This document shows, one piece after another, positions 48,474 through 58,338 of a DNA stretch of 64,000 bases. The notes below the pieces were generated by a model that saw nothing but the letters and a program-made list of their open reading frames with translations, was not told the origin of the DNA and did not search any database. Source of the stretch: Chloroflexota bacterium. Lineage in GTDB: Bacteria > Chloroflexota > Anaerolineae > Anaerolineales > Villigracilaceae. The first letter of the stretch is position 1. The number at the start of each line of letters is the position of its first letter. A program made the translations under genes and the position numbers. The stretch is taken from assembly GCA_016234535.1 (NCBI GenBank), contig JACRBH010000246.1, positions 27,088 through 91,087 of the forward strand. The letters run 5' to 3'.

Positions 48474-50519
48474 CTAATTACAATCCGACAATCCTTCGCC
48501 TTGCTGCAATTCTTCGCTAAGCGGCGTGAAATGAAGCCCGGCTTTTGGATATGGAAAGCGTTTCAATTCGTCTTCATTAACTAATTCGAGCATGCCTCTC
48601 TTACCGGCTCTTTCTCCGCCTGAGAATCGGATGACTTGTAATACAACCGCTTCCCGATAAAGAATTGAATTGCTGGCTGCGCTTTCCTGGAGGCTATAGA
48701 ATTTGTGCTGCAAGTCTTTATTAATTACAAAATCCTCCTGCCAACCCTTGCCTATATGACTGTAATAATCCTGCGCAGTAAATCGGCGCATCGAAAACGA
48801 TACGATCAAATCGGACATTGGCAACAGTCCATATTGTTGAACAGGTTGTCCGGGTTCATCCACAGCTACACAAATACTGGTTACGCCCTCCCCGGAAAGA
48901 GTTTGGATAATCCCGGGAATGAAAATCTCCTGCTTTGCGCACAAAGGAAACCGCGCCGAAATTTGATCCAGGCTATTGAACATTACAGTTAAATGACTGC
49001 CCTGTCTTTTCAGGCGGTGAACGCTGATAAACATGCGGTGAAAAAATTCTTCCGGAGTAATATACCCTGGAGGAAAATAAAGGACCTCAAGGTGATTATC
49101 CTTTTCAATACCATCTAATCTAACCTGGTCGCAATTGAATTCCTGTTTCGCAATGTTTTGCAATGTCCTTTTGGTTGTCCCCTCATCCTCGCGCAGTGAC
49201 ACAATCAGGCAGCTTTCGCCTGTATGATTTATCACCCGGTTAAGCAGATGCAAATACACAAGATGGCTTTTATGCCCGCCGCGGGCACCAATAAAAGCGG
49301 TACAACGGCCCTTGGGAATTTGGATAATGTCATTTAATTTTTCCGGATATGTATCATCCCTGGGGGGCGCATCTGAACGAGTCGTCTTTTCTGAGTGTGC
49401 AGGCACTTCCAATAGTGTTTTTCGTTTATAGATCGAAAGGTAGGAATGTATGGAAGGAAAAATGAACACCCCGCCCGTCGTCCGGTACGGATGGGAACGT
49501 TTCATCATCGTGTTATATTCGCGCACGCGATCCACATTCGTTTCATCCGGTTTGGCCAGGGGCTTTGGGTTGGCATAAATCTTAAGTTGGTGTTTCCCCC
49601 ACCAGTGAGACTGATAACGGGCCTTCACGACCTCTATATTACGGACATAATAGTCGTGAATATAATGATGATCCAATTGCACCACAATATCGCTAAAATA
49701 TTCCCACAGCTTATGCTCCTGGTTTTCGATGCCGGTATTTAATACAAAGATAACCAGCCTGGTTGCCTTGCAAGCCTTGACAAATGATTGGAAGAATTTC
49801 ATTTGTCCTTCCGGATTCAAAATATTCAGGCTGTCCACTACCAAGATATCCGGAATGTATTTTTCGTCGTTAACGACAATCGTCCCGCCAGATGCCTTTT
49901 CAATGGGGTCATTGGCAAACGTATACTTCAATCTTTTCATAATATTGGCAGGCGCATTTGCTTTTAATACCCATCTATCCAATGAGGTTACAGCAGCCTC
50001 AATCATTGAGGAGAGCATATCCTGTTTCTCGATTGTTTTTAGAAATTTCTCCCGCCCCCACACAGCGATCATGGATTTTAGCCCTTCCCTCAATTTGGGA
50101 TGGGCATCGTCAGGGTCAAATGGGATAAAGTACTCTTTCGCCCTCCCCCAACCCAGATCACAGGCATTATCTATCATGCGGCCAGTTTCGGCGTCTGTGG
50201 AGATGTAGAGGGTGGAGAGCGCTTTATCATTCCCCTGTTCATTGACTGCCAGACGATAACACAATTCTGTTATTAATGTCGTTTTACCGCATCCTGGAGG
50301 CCCGGAGACCAACATTGTCATGGGTCGAAGAACATTGCTGTTGCCTTTGGGCAGTAAAATGCCTCCTTCAAATAATTTATCAAACCATGAGAGGTTTTGT
50401 TTGTTGGCAGTGTCGAAGGCAAGTTCCGCCGCTTGAAATTTGGCAAGAGTATCGCTTGTATCACACCAATAAGCCTGCGATATGCCGCTCTTTATTTTGA
50501 CAAGTTCATCTGTTTCCAT
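48474..50519 (-). CDS. Double RecA-fold KaiC/RAD55-like ATPase
   Basis: GPPGCGKT, ILVVDSL, IEVVKAR; second domain GARGGHKS, VSLREDE, MFNSL; AGGAG RBS before ATG 50519. Confidence 0.7.
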   Translation of the reverse strand: METDELVKIKSGISQAYWCDTSDTLAKFQAAELAFDTANKQNLSWFDKLFEGGILLPKGNSNVLRPMTMLVSGPPGCGKTTLITELCYRLAVNEQGNDKALSTLYISTDAETGRMIDNACDLGWGRAKEYFIPFDPDDAHPKLREGLKSMIAVWGREKFLKTIEKQDMLSSMIEAAVTSLDRWVLKANAPANIMKRLKYTFANDPIEKASGGTIVVNDEKYIPDILVVDSLNILNPEGQMKFFQSFVKACKATRLVIFVLNTGIENQEHKLWEYFSDIVVQLDHHYIHDYYVRNIEVVKARYQSHWWGKHQLKIYANPKPLAKPDETNVDRVREYNTMMKRSHPYRTTGGVFIFPSIHSYLSIYKRKTLLEVPAHSEKTTRSDAPPRDDTYPEKLNDIIQIPKGRCTAFIGARGGHKSHLVYLHLLNRVINHTGESCLIVSLREDEGTTKRTLQNIAKQEFNCDQVRLDGIEKDNHLEVLYFPPGYITPEEFFHRMFISVHRLKRQGSHLTVMFNSLDQISARFPLCAKQEIFIPGIIQTLSGEGVTSICVAVDEPGQPVQQYGLLPMSDLIVSFSMRRFTAQDYYSHIGKGWQEDFVINKDLQHKFYSLQESAASNSILYREAVVLQVIRFSGGERAGKRGMLELVNEDELKRFPYPKAGLHFTPLSEELQQGEGLSDCN

Positions 50520-50652
50520 GGTTCTTACTCCTGCAGAGATGCTGGCCATAATCAGAGGGCTTCCCAACCAATAATTAGTTGGACACCCGATTTCTACGGC
50601 AGATTGGGATTTAGGGTTATTCATTTCCCAGACCCCAATCTATTAACTCAAC

Positions 50653-52923
50653 TTAGAACATCGGCTCCATCGCCATGGCGGGATGATTGTGCGCCTCGAG
50701 CCACGCGAGCAACTCATCAACCGTTGTCGCGCTGCGGTCGTCGGCTATTTTGTCCATAAAATCGGGGTCGCCTTCGCGGATGCAGACTGCCTTAAATTCA
50801 TCGGCCATGCTGTTCTTCAGCACAGATGACATCCATACGATGCGCTTGAATCCGCCATCCGAGGAGATGAACTTGGGACTGATCAGATAGAACTTACCCA
50901 CGCCCATCACGCCCGGGGTTTGCATCCCGCCGCCCGCGATGCCCGCGAGTGTCGAGAAGGTCATGCCAGCGGGGGTCATTGCCGTGTCTTCGCGGCTGAG
51001 AACCATCACCCCGTTGGCTTCGGGGATGAGCATGACGATACATTCGAAGCATCCGCAAGCGGTCATTGGATTTTCCATGATGGAATACATCGACACTTCC
51101 TGCACTACGCCATGTGAGCCCATCGCCGCGTAATCATTGGTGCCTTGCCAATAGCCTTTTCTATCATCAATTAGTTTGCCGAGTTTGATCGGTTGATTGG
51201 GTCCCGTTGGATTGATGCTGAACGAGGCTTTGCAGTCCAGCCAGTTATATGCGCCGCACAAGCCAAGGCGTTCGGGCGAGACCACACAGACGTGATTCGG
51301 CGCGAACGATTGACAGAGCGTGCAGGAATAGAATTCATCCACCTTGTCATCGGTCAGATCGGCGAGGCGTTTATTGCGGAAGTCGTACGCGGCGCGCGCC
51401 TTCTCCAGCCATTCAGCATGGAGCGCAGGGTCGGTGACAATGGTGACTTGAACCTTATCCACGATTGCGCCGAAGTCTTCATGGAATCTCGCGTGCAGGA
51501 TTTTGCCAAACGATTCAAGGCTGAACCCTTTATCTGCTGCGGCATTCGAGATGCGAATCCACGCGATGTCACGCTGACCGACATGCTGAATTCCGCTCGC
51601 GCCGTTCACAAAATAGTGGACTTGACGCTCAAGCACAGGCTCGAAATCCTGCTGCATTTGCCTGCCCGCCACTTTGATGACGATGCCCATGTCCATGTAA
51701 CCTTGTGGCGCGACCTGTGAGAAATCGGGTCCGATAACTTCGATCTTGCCGTCGGTGACATCATCGAGTTTTGCCATGTGCAGGTATTCATAACAACGGG
51801 CGTGCTTGCCGCCGAACTCCACGCGCAGATCCGCCTTGCGGACAACTTCACCTTCGAAGGCGGAGCCATACGGCACGGGCACATCCACGTTGGATACTTT
51901 GACTTTCACGCCGCGCACTTCGATGCACTTCTGCACCAGGCGCTCGGCTTTTTCGAGATCATCTTTGCCGTCAATTGCATCGAACGGCATGGAGACGACG
52001 TGCTCATAAGTCGTCACGCCTGTCGGTAAAATTTCAGGGATGACCGTATCTGCAATGACGGGGAAACCAAAGTTGATCGCGCCAGCCGCCGCCGCGTATT
52101 TCAGGTCGTCCACTTCGCCGAGGGCAAGCACGAAGGCGAAGACGCGTTCCTTGTTGTAAAGCAGAATCTCGCGCGACATACCGGGTTTCATTCCGCCGAA
52201 TGTCAAAGCGGAGCGGGTGGCAAAGCCTAAAGCATAAATAGCGGATATGGTATCTGTACCAAATGGGACTGTATATGTGTCGTAGCCAAGTTCCACACCT
52301 TCTTCCTGCAATTGATGGATGATGCTTCGTCCATTCACATTGCCGGAGAGGAAGGTGAGAATGTTGCGGCGCTGCAACTCACGCACGATCTTCACGGCGG
52401 TTGCGTTGTTCTTTGCGCAGCCAACGATTGCAGCGAAGCCGGGCATACGCCCATCAACGAGTTGAATACCCCACGAGCGCAGTTGAATATCATCAATCGG
52501 CCCATTGAGATGACCATGTCCATTGGCGCCGCCGTAGTTCGTGCCTCCAGCGAGGACAAAGTCATCGGAAACAGATTCAGGCTGAAGTCCATAAATGAAG
52601 CGGATGGCCTCGATCGTTTCAGCCGCGAGCAGAGTCGCCATTCCCGAATCCAATGTCTCGCCCAAATAAGGAGTCCACTTTGAACCGGCAGGAATCGGAT
52701 GAAGCATATCCCGCGCCTGTTTCATCACCGATTGCAAATCGCCGATCTTTTCAATGGACTTGCCGGTCATGCCGAGAATGGTCGGCAGATAATATGCCGT
52801 ATTCGGAAACGACACAGGCGTGTCGGCTCCTTTTTCAGCAAGCGCTTTATGCAGCATGACATCGGCTTCGGTAACGAGCGCGTTCGCGCCGCGGATTGCT
52901 CTGGTTGCGATATATTTTGACAT
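50653..52923 (-). CDS. acsB: Acetyl-CoA synthase (ACS) subunit
   Basis: FPNTAYYLP, CTLCQSFAP, CGAYNWLDC, TACGCFE A-cluster ligands. Confidence 0.96.
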   Translation of the reverse strand: MSKYIATRAIRGANALVTEADVMLHKALAEKGADTPVSFPNTAYYLPTILGMTGKSIEKIGDLQSVMKQARDMLHPIPAGSKWTPYLGETLDSGMATLLAAETIEAIRFIYGLQPESVSDDFVLAGGTNYGGANGHGHLNGPIDDIQLRSWGIQLVDGRMPGFAAIVGCAKNNATAVKIVRELQRRNILTFLSGNVNGRSIIHQLQEEGVELGYDTYTVPFGTDTISAIYALGFATRSALTFGGMKPGMSREILLYNKERVFAFVLALGEVDDLKYAAAAGAINFGFPVIADTVIPEILPTGVTTYEHVVSMPFDAIDGKDDLEKAERLVQKCIEVRGVKVKVSNVDVPVPYGSAFEGEVVRKADLRVEFGGKHARCYEYLHMAKLDDVTDGKIEVIGPDFSQVAPQGYMDMGIVIKVAGRQMQQDFEPVLERQVHYFVNGASGIQHVGQRDIAWIRISNAAADKGFSLESFGKILHARFHEDFGAIVDKVQVTIVTDPALHAEWLEKARAAYDFRNKRLADLTDDKVDEFYSCTLCQSFAPNHVCVVSPERLGLCGAYNWLDCKASFSINPTGPNQPIKLGKLIDDRKGYWQGTNDYAAMGSHGVVQEVSMYSIMENPMTACGCFECIVMLIPEANGVMVLSREDTAMTPAGMTFSTLAGIAGGGMQTPGVMGVGKFYLISPKFISSDGGFKRIVWMSSVLKNSMADEFKAVCIREGDPDFMDKIADDRSATTVDELLAWLEAHNHPAMAMEPMF

Positions 52924-52980
52924 GGTTTCCTCCAACGGAACATGCAACACGAATCGTGTGGTGAGTGTTCCGTGTTCCGT

Positions 52981-54999
52981 TTAGTCTGCCGCGACTCCGT
53001 AAATTGCTTCGCGCCTCTTTGCAATCGGCAGCGCTTCAAGTTCATTCATCTTCGCGTCGCCGCTCCTGCCAAACTTATCCTTCTCCCATGCGGGCAGGCC
53101 GAGCGCGGCGCGTTTCTTATCGATGTGGTCAAGTGATCGTTTGATCATCTCTTCGGGCGACGGCACAAACTCCAACTTGCCGCCATAAAGTTTTTCCCAA
53201 CCCTCGCTGATGTAATGCAGCACCACATCGCTGTCATTGATTCGATCCGGCATACCGCTCACAGGCGACGCGCCGCCAAAGATGACATACGCGCCAGACG
53301 CAACACAATACGTCGCAATCGCAAGCGCCTTCTCGCTCATCCATTCGGGCGCGAGACCCACCGCGGGAACCTGGTCAATATCATCGCCAAGGCCGCCCTC
53401 TTCAACCATTTGCGTGAGAACGGTCAGGATGCGGGTATTGTCAACACATGAACCCATGTGGAGGACTGGAGGGATTCCCACCGTCTCACAGATTTCCTGC
53501 AACCCGCTTCCGACTTCGCTCAGGCCTGCTTCGCCCAACATGAGTCCGAGCTTCGCTGACGATATTGCGCCGCACCCCGTTTGCACAACGAGCACATCCT
53601 GCTTCAACAGTTCAGCGACAACTTTGTTGTGCAGATAATCCTGCGATGAACGCGGATTGTTGCAGCCGACAATCGCCGCCACGCCGCGAATACGTCCCGT
53701 CATAATGGCGTCATTCAATGGGCGGAAGGACGCGCGGTATGAACCGCCCAGCATGTAGTTGATGTATTCATGCGAGAAGCCGGGGATCAAGTCTTCCTTG
53801 ATCTGCGGAATGCGTGTCTTTGCATTGTCGCGATTCTTGAAGTTATCAATCGCGGTTTTCAAAATGGTTTTTGCAATGGTGAGAGCATGGTGTTCATCGA
53901 ACTCAATATGCGTTGCCCCTTTGATCTTCACTTTTGACGAAGTCGTAATGATCTTCGTGTGGAAATTCTGCGCCAGACCAACCAAGGCCTGCATGATGCA
54001 CTGCACATCCACAACCATCGCTTCGACAGCGCCAGTCATAATGGAGAGTTCCTGATGCAGGAAGTTCCCCGCCGCAGGGATGCCCTGCCGCATGAGAATT
54101 TCATTCGCCGTACAACAAATGCCCGAGAGTTGAATCCCTTTTGCGCCCGCGGCTTTTGCATATTCAATCATGTCGGGAGATTGTGACGCAGCGACCAGCA
54201 TTTCGCTCATGCTTGGCTCGTGTCCATGCACGACGATGTTGACCATGTCTTCCTTGATCACACCGAGGTTTGCCTGCCCCAATATCGGAGCGGGTGTGCC
54301 GAATAGAATATCTGAAATATCGGTGGCGATCATCGAGCCAGCCCAGCCATCCGCAAGTGACGTGCGGATCGCGTGGTTTAAAATATGCTCGGGGTCCTGG
54401 TCATCGCCGATATGGGTACGATGCAGCGCCTCGACCACTTCACGATCCACGCCGCGCGGCCAGACGTTTTGCTCGCGCCAGATTTGCTGTCGCTTCTTCG
54501 GCGCGCGCCTCGCAGGCGCGACCTCCCCGCGCTGCTGACCAAACTGTGAAATGTAAAGATCGGCGAGGTCATTTGCAATTTCCTGCGGTGAGCGTTTCTC
54601 GATGGGAATATCATAGAAAGCCGCAACCATTCTCAGCTTGGCGATGTCGCGGATTTCATATCCTTCCGCTTCGCCTTGCGCGGCCGCCTTTAATAAGAAA
54701 GCCATGTCGCGTCCGTGATCGGAGTGCGCGGCAGCGCCTGCGGCAATCGAGCGGGTCAAATTGCGCGCCTGAATGGTATCCATGGTCGCGCCGCATACGC
54801 CCGTCTCGCCGCTCTTCGTTAATCGGCAGGGACCCATCCCGCATTGCTTGCAGCACATCCCCGCGCCGCCGATGTTGCAGGGAACCATATTGTCGGCGCG
54901 CGTGAAAGCTGTTCCAATTCCCAATTCCTCCGCGCGGATCAACATCTGCTGCGCGGCTGGGTCGGTTGAATAATCTTTAATTTCCCGTTTCTTTGGCAT
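52981..54999 (-). CDS. cooS: Anaerobic Ni,Fe carbon monoxide dehydrogenase (AcsA/CooS)
   Basis: C...CCKQCGMGPC...CGA, HSDH, HGHEP, CCTANE, GCNN, TGC, GSCVD, SEKA. Confidence 0.96.
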   Translation of the reverse strand: MPKKREIKDYSTDPAAQQMLIRAEELGIGTAFTRADNMVPCNIGGAGMCCKQCGMGPCRLTKSGETGVCGATMDTIQARNLTRSIAAGAAAHSDHGRDMAFLLKAAAQGEAEGYEIRDIAKLRMVAAFYDIPIEKRSPQEIANDLADLYISQFGQQRGEVAPARRAPKKRQQIWREQNVWPRGVDREVVEALHRTHIGDDQDPEHILNHAIRTSLADGWAGSMIATDISDILFGTPAPILGQANLGVIKEDMVNIVVHGHEPSMSEMLVAASQSPDMIEYAKAAGAKGIQLSGICCTANEILMRQGIPAAGNFLHQELSIMTGAVEAMVVDVQCIMQALVGLAQNFHTKIITTSSKVKIKGATHIEFDEHHALTIAKTILKTAIDNFKNRDNAKTRIPQIKEDLIPGFSHEYINYMLGGSYRASFRPLNDAIMTGRIRGVAAIVGCNNPRSSQDYLHNKVVAELLKQDVLVVQTGCGAISSAKLGLMLGEAGLSEVGSGLQEICETVGIPPVLHMGSCVDNTRILTVLTQMVEEGGLGDDIDQVPAVGLAPEWMSEKALAIATYCVASGAYVIFGGASPVSGMPDRINDSDVVLHYISEGWEKLYGGKLEFVPSPEEMIKRSLDHIDKKRAALGLPAWEKDKFGRSGDAKMNELEALPIAKRREAIYGVAAD

Positions 55000-55015
55000 G
55001 GCTCATCTCCTTTAA

Positions 55016-55074
55016 GGAGTGCAAAGTCTCCAGACTTTGCACATACATGCCGACGACTGGAGTCGTCGGACTCC
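55016..55074. repeat. GGAG-type REP doublet
   Basis: GGAGTGCAAAGTCTCCAGACTTTGCAC...CCGACGACTGGAGTCGTCGGACTCC. Confidence 0.6.
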
Positions 55075-55082
55075 TCTGCGAA

Positions 55083-55469
55083 TTATTCTTCCTCGACCTT
55101 CACCGCGCCCAGGCCCGGGCAGGGCCAAAGCGGACGCCCCGTATAATTCACGCGCTGCGCGAACGAGACGGTTCGCTTCACAGTTTCGTACGTGGCAGTA
55201 TGCCTGAAGAAATTATCCCCTTCCTTTTTCTCCGCCGCCACGCCCGTCTCTGTCAGCATCGGGACATCGCCGAGATAACCCGCCTCTTCCAAACGCGCGG
55301 TAATATCTTCAGCGCTGACCTTTTCGGGGTCGAACTTAACTTCGATGATCTGAAATGCACTGCTCGCGTAAACATCACTGACCCCCGTCAACTCCAACAA
55401 AATGCGCCGCACTTCCGTAACATGATGGTCCGCAAACAGCGCGGGCGCTTCGAACGTTTTAGTCTCCAT
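55083..55469 (-). CDS. HMA-fold small protein with DHH in place of CxxC
   Basis: APALFADHHV..V...L..L.GV..V...........FDP.......I...LEEAGY HMA pattern; C-terminal WPCPG. Confidence 0.7.
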   Translation of the reverse strand: METKTFEAPALFADHHVTEVRRILLELTGVSDVYASSAFQIIEVKFDPEKVSAEDITARLEEAGYLGDVPMLTETGVAAEKKEGDNFFRHTATYETVKRTVSFAQRVNYTGRPLWPCPGLGAVKVEEE

Positions 55470-55568
55470 ACAAACACCTCCTCGAACAGGGTGATGACTT
55501 GCGCGAAGACACCTTTAAAGGTTGGACTCTTATTCATATCATTTTAGCATCTCGCCTGTGCAACCCAC

Positions 55569-55586
55569 TTGTGCATATTGTCACTT
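55569..55586. promoter_or_regulatory. Possible Rex/CRP-type operator in divergent acs/cooC promoter
   Basis: TTGTGCATATTGTCACTT, 8/10 match to TGTGA-N6-TCACA. Confidence 0.4.
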
Positions 55587-55672
55587 GAAATGCGGATAAA
55601 TGTTATTAGTGTCATCCAATTCGAGGAAGAATAGCCGATTTCTTTAATGAATAAAGGTTGTAAGATATAACC

Positions 55673-56467
55673 ATGAAACTTGCGATCACAGGAAAAGGCG
55701 GCGTGGGGAAAACCACGCTGACAGCATTACTTGCTCAAACATATGCGGCTCAAGGCCGGGACGTTCTGGCCGTGGACGCAGACCCAAGCCCCTGCCTCGC
55801 TGGAGCATTGGGATTCCCAGACGAATTGCGCGCTCAACTCCACCCCATCGCCGAAATGGATGAACTCATCGAAGAACGCACTGGCGCGAAACCCGGCACC
55901 GTCGGCGGCTTCTTCACCATCAACCCGCGCGTGGATGACATCCCCGAACGCTTCAGCATTCTCCATCGCGGCGTGCGCCTGCTCGAAATGGGAAGTGTGG
56001 AGCTTGGCGGCTCTGGCTGTATCTGTCCCGAAGCTGCGATGCTGAAAACCCTGTTCACACATCTGCTCTTCCGCAATGATGAAGTCCTTCTCCTCGATAT
56101 GTACGCGGGCGTCGAACACCTCGGCCGCGCCACCGTGGACTTTGTGGATGCAATGCTTGTTGTCGTTGAACCCACCCGTCGAAGTCTTGGCACAGCCACG
56201 CAGATCAAAAAACTCGCCAACGATATTGGCCTATCGCGCTTATATCTGGTCGGGAACAAAGTCCGCAATGACGATGAAGCAAAATTCCTGGAAACTGAAA
56301 CTCCCGATATCCCCCTGCTGGGCTGCCTCCCCGCTGACTTGAAAGTACAGGAAGCCGACAGACTCAACATTCCCGTTTATGACCATGTGCCGGCGCTGCG
56401 TGAATCCGCACAAGCGATCATCCAAAAAATCAACCAGTTGACCGACGATGATGAGGTAATCCTATGA
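55673..56467 (+). CDS. cooC: CODH nickel-insertion ATPase CooC
   Basis: GKGGVGKT, DADP, GSGCICP, DMYAGVEHLGR. Confidence 0.92.
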   Translation: MKLAITGKGGVGKTTLTALLAQTYAAQGRDVLAVDADPSPCLAGALGFPDELRAQLHPIAEMDELIEERTGAKPGTVGGFFTINPRVDDIPERFSILHRGVRLLEMGSVELGGSGCICPEAAMLKTLFTHLLFRNDEVLLLDMYAGVEHLGRATVDFVDAMLVVVEPTRRSLGTATQIKKLANDIGLSRLYLVGNKVRNDDEAKFLETETPDIPLLGCLPADLKVQEADRLNIPVYDHVPALRESAQAIIQKINQLTDDDEVIL

Positions 56468-57252
56468 GCACCACCATCGCACTCGCAGGTAAAGGCGGCG
56501 TTGGAAAAACCACCATCGCGGGCATGGTCATCAAATATCTTGCCCAGAATCAACCCGGCAGCATCCTTGCCATTGACGCCGACCCCGCCTCCAACTTGAA
56601 CATGGTTCTCGGCCTCGATCTTGATTGGACAGTTGGCGATATCCGCGAAGGCATGTTGGATCAAGTCAAAACGTCCCTGACCAACGGCGGCGCGGCCATG
56701 GGCACCATGCCCGGCGGAGCGAGCAAACGTGAATATCTCGATTATCACATCCGCTCATCGCTGGCGGAAGGCTCCCGCTTCGACCTCATCGCAATGGGGC
56801 GCGGCGAAGGTCAAGGCTGCTACTGCGCAGTCAACCACAATTTGCGCGAAGTGATTGACGACTTAAGTCGTCACTACAGTTATGTGGTCATTGATAACGA
56901 AGCGGGCATGGAACATCTCTCGCGCCGCACCACGCGCGATGTGCAGCATCTGCTTGTTGTCAGCGACCCAACCCAGCGCGGTTTGGTCACCGCCCAGCGC
57001 ATCGCCGACATGCGCAAGGAACTCGATATCCGAATCGAGAACGCGCATCTCATCGTCAATCGTTTGCGCGGAGCGATGCCTGTTGAGTTAAAAACTTTTA
57101 TAGATAAAATGGATGTGCCATTGCTTGGCTCGATCCCCGCAGATGAGACCCTCTCCGAATTCGAATATTCTGGCAGGCCTCTCGTTGAGCTGGGAGATGA
57201 ATCGGTTGTGTATCAGGCCATCGCAGGCATGATGCGTCAAATCCTCGCTTAA
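56464..57252 (+). CDS. cooC: Second CooC/AcsF-type Ni-insertion ATPase
   Basis: GKGGVGKT, DADP, GQGCYC, DNEAGMEHLSR. Confidence 0.9.
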   Translation: MSTTIALAGKGGVGKTTIAGMVIKYLAQNQPGSILAIDADPASNLNMVLGLDLDWTVGDIREGMLDQVKTSLTNGGAAMGTMPGGASKREYLDYHIRSSLAEGSRFDLIAMGRGEGQGCYCAVNHNLREVIDDLSRHYSYVVIDNEAGMEHLSRRTTRDVQHLLVVSDPTQRGLVTAQRIADMRKELDIRIENAHLIVNRLRGAMPVELKTFIDKMDVPLLGSIPADETLSEFEYSGRPLVELGDESVVYQAIAGMMRQILA

Positions 57253-57253
57253 C

Positions 57254-58297
57254 TCAGCCGCTCTGCAAAATTTTCCCCGTTTCAAAAATCGTCTCAAACA
57301 CACGATCCGCCACTTCTATGGATGTGGATCCCAGCCCGCACGCAGGAGCAATCAAACTGCGACTTGCGAACTCTTCGGCATTGATCTTCACCCCGCGCAG
57401 CGCCGCTTTCTCGACCGTTAGCCTGATCCCGTTTCTCAATCTTTCAGCAAGCTGACGCGGACTCTCATTAAAGATGAGTTCATTGTTCGGCACAATGCCC
57501 CAGCAAATACTCCCGCCTCGATCAAGATACTCTCTCAACTCAACAGGATACAACGCAAGATTCTCGATGAAGCCATAGGCATCGAGATTCAGGATATCCA
57601 CTTTTGTCGCGAGTAACACGCCCCAATCCGTATTCGCACAACAATGGATGCCCGTCACGCCGCCCTCAGTGTGAATGGCGTCAAATACTTCATCCAAATA
57701 TGCAATGGCCTGCTCGCGGCTCAAACTGATGAACGCCGACCCAAACGCCGCCATGTACGGCTCATCCAAAAACATAATCACGTTTGGACGCACTGACTTC
57801 AATTGGCGAATCTGCCAGCGCGCGTTCATCACTGTATTCTTGACGATTGCATCCGCAAGCAGATCATCATACAAGCTGGCGCGCAAATTCTGGTCAGTGA
57901 CGGTTAACCCAAACGAGATGGGTCCTGTCACCTGTCCCTTTGCCCACTCCCCTTTTGTCTTCTGCAGCCTCTCGAACATGGAAAAATATCCGCTGGCATA
58001 TTCGGGGCGCAGGGCAAAGGCATCTACATCATCAGCAATGATGGGAGTGTAGAAAATCTCAAGCGCTTCGGTCAGGTCAATGCTGGTATCGAAGTAAACC
58101 TTCTCCTTCGCTTCATCCACGATCAACCCCGGCAGGGCGGACGAATACTGCACATACATGCTTTCACGGAAGGAACTGCGCGGCAATTGAGGCCAGGCAG
58201 GCACATCGAGAAGGTTGGAGAGTTTTTCAGCGACATCATTCACCGCGAGGTGAGGAATACTGCCAACGTGAGTGGTGAGGAATTTGAAATCATTCAT
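57254..58297 (-). CDS. Core (single-domain) methionine synthase, MesB-like
   Basis: GSIPH, WPQLP, KGQVTGP, DEP, GIHCC, WGIVP, PACGLG. Confidence 0.8.
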   Translation of the reverse strand: MNDFKFLTTHVGSIPHLAVNDVAEKLSNLLDVPAWPQLPRSSFRESMYVQYSSALPGLIVDEAKEKVYFDTSIDLTEALEIFYTPIIADDVDAFALRPEYASGYFSMFERLQKTKGEWAKGQVTGPISFGLTVTDQNLRASLYDDLLADAIVKNTVMNARWQIRQLKSVRPNVIMFLDEPYMAAFGSAFISLSREQAIAYLDEVFDAIHTEGGVTGIHCCANTDWGVLLATKVDILNLDAYGFIENLALYPVELREYLDRGGSICWGIVPNNELIFNESPRQLAERLRNGIRLTVEKAALRGVKINAEEFASRSLIAPACGLGSTSIEVADRVFETIFETGKILQSG

Positions 58298-58338
58298 GGG
58301 AAGGGGTTATTATGTGATCCTTATAGATGTCTCGTTAT

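Noticed and set aside
48466-50650. Integron cassette or IS boundaries around the KaiC-like gene
   Set aside because: Only partial GTTRRRY/RYYYAAC-like words are present, with no paired attC structure, direct repeats or integrase.
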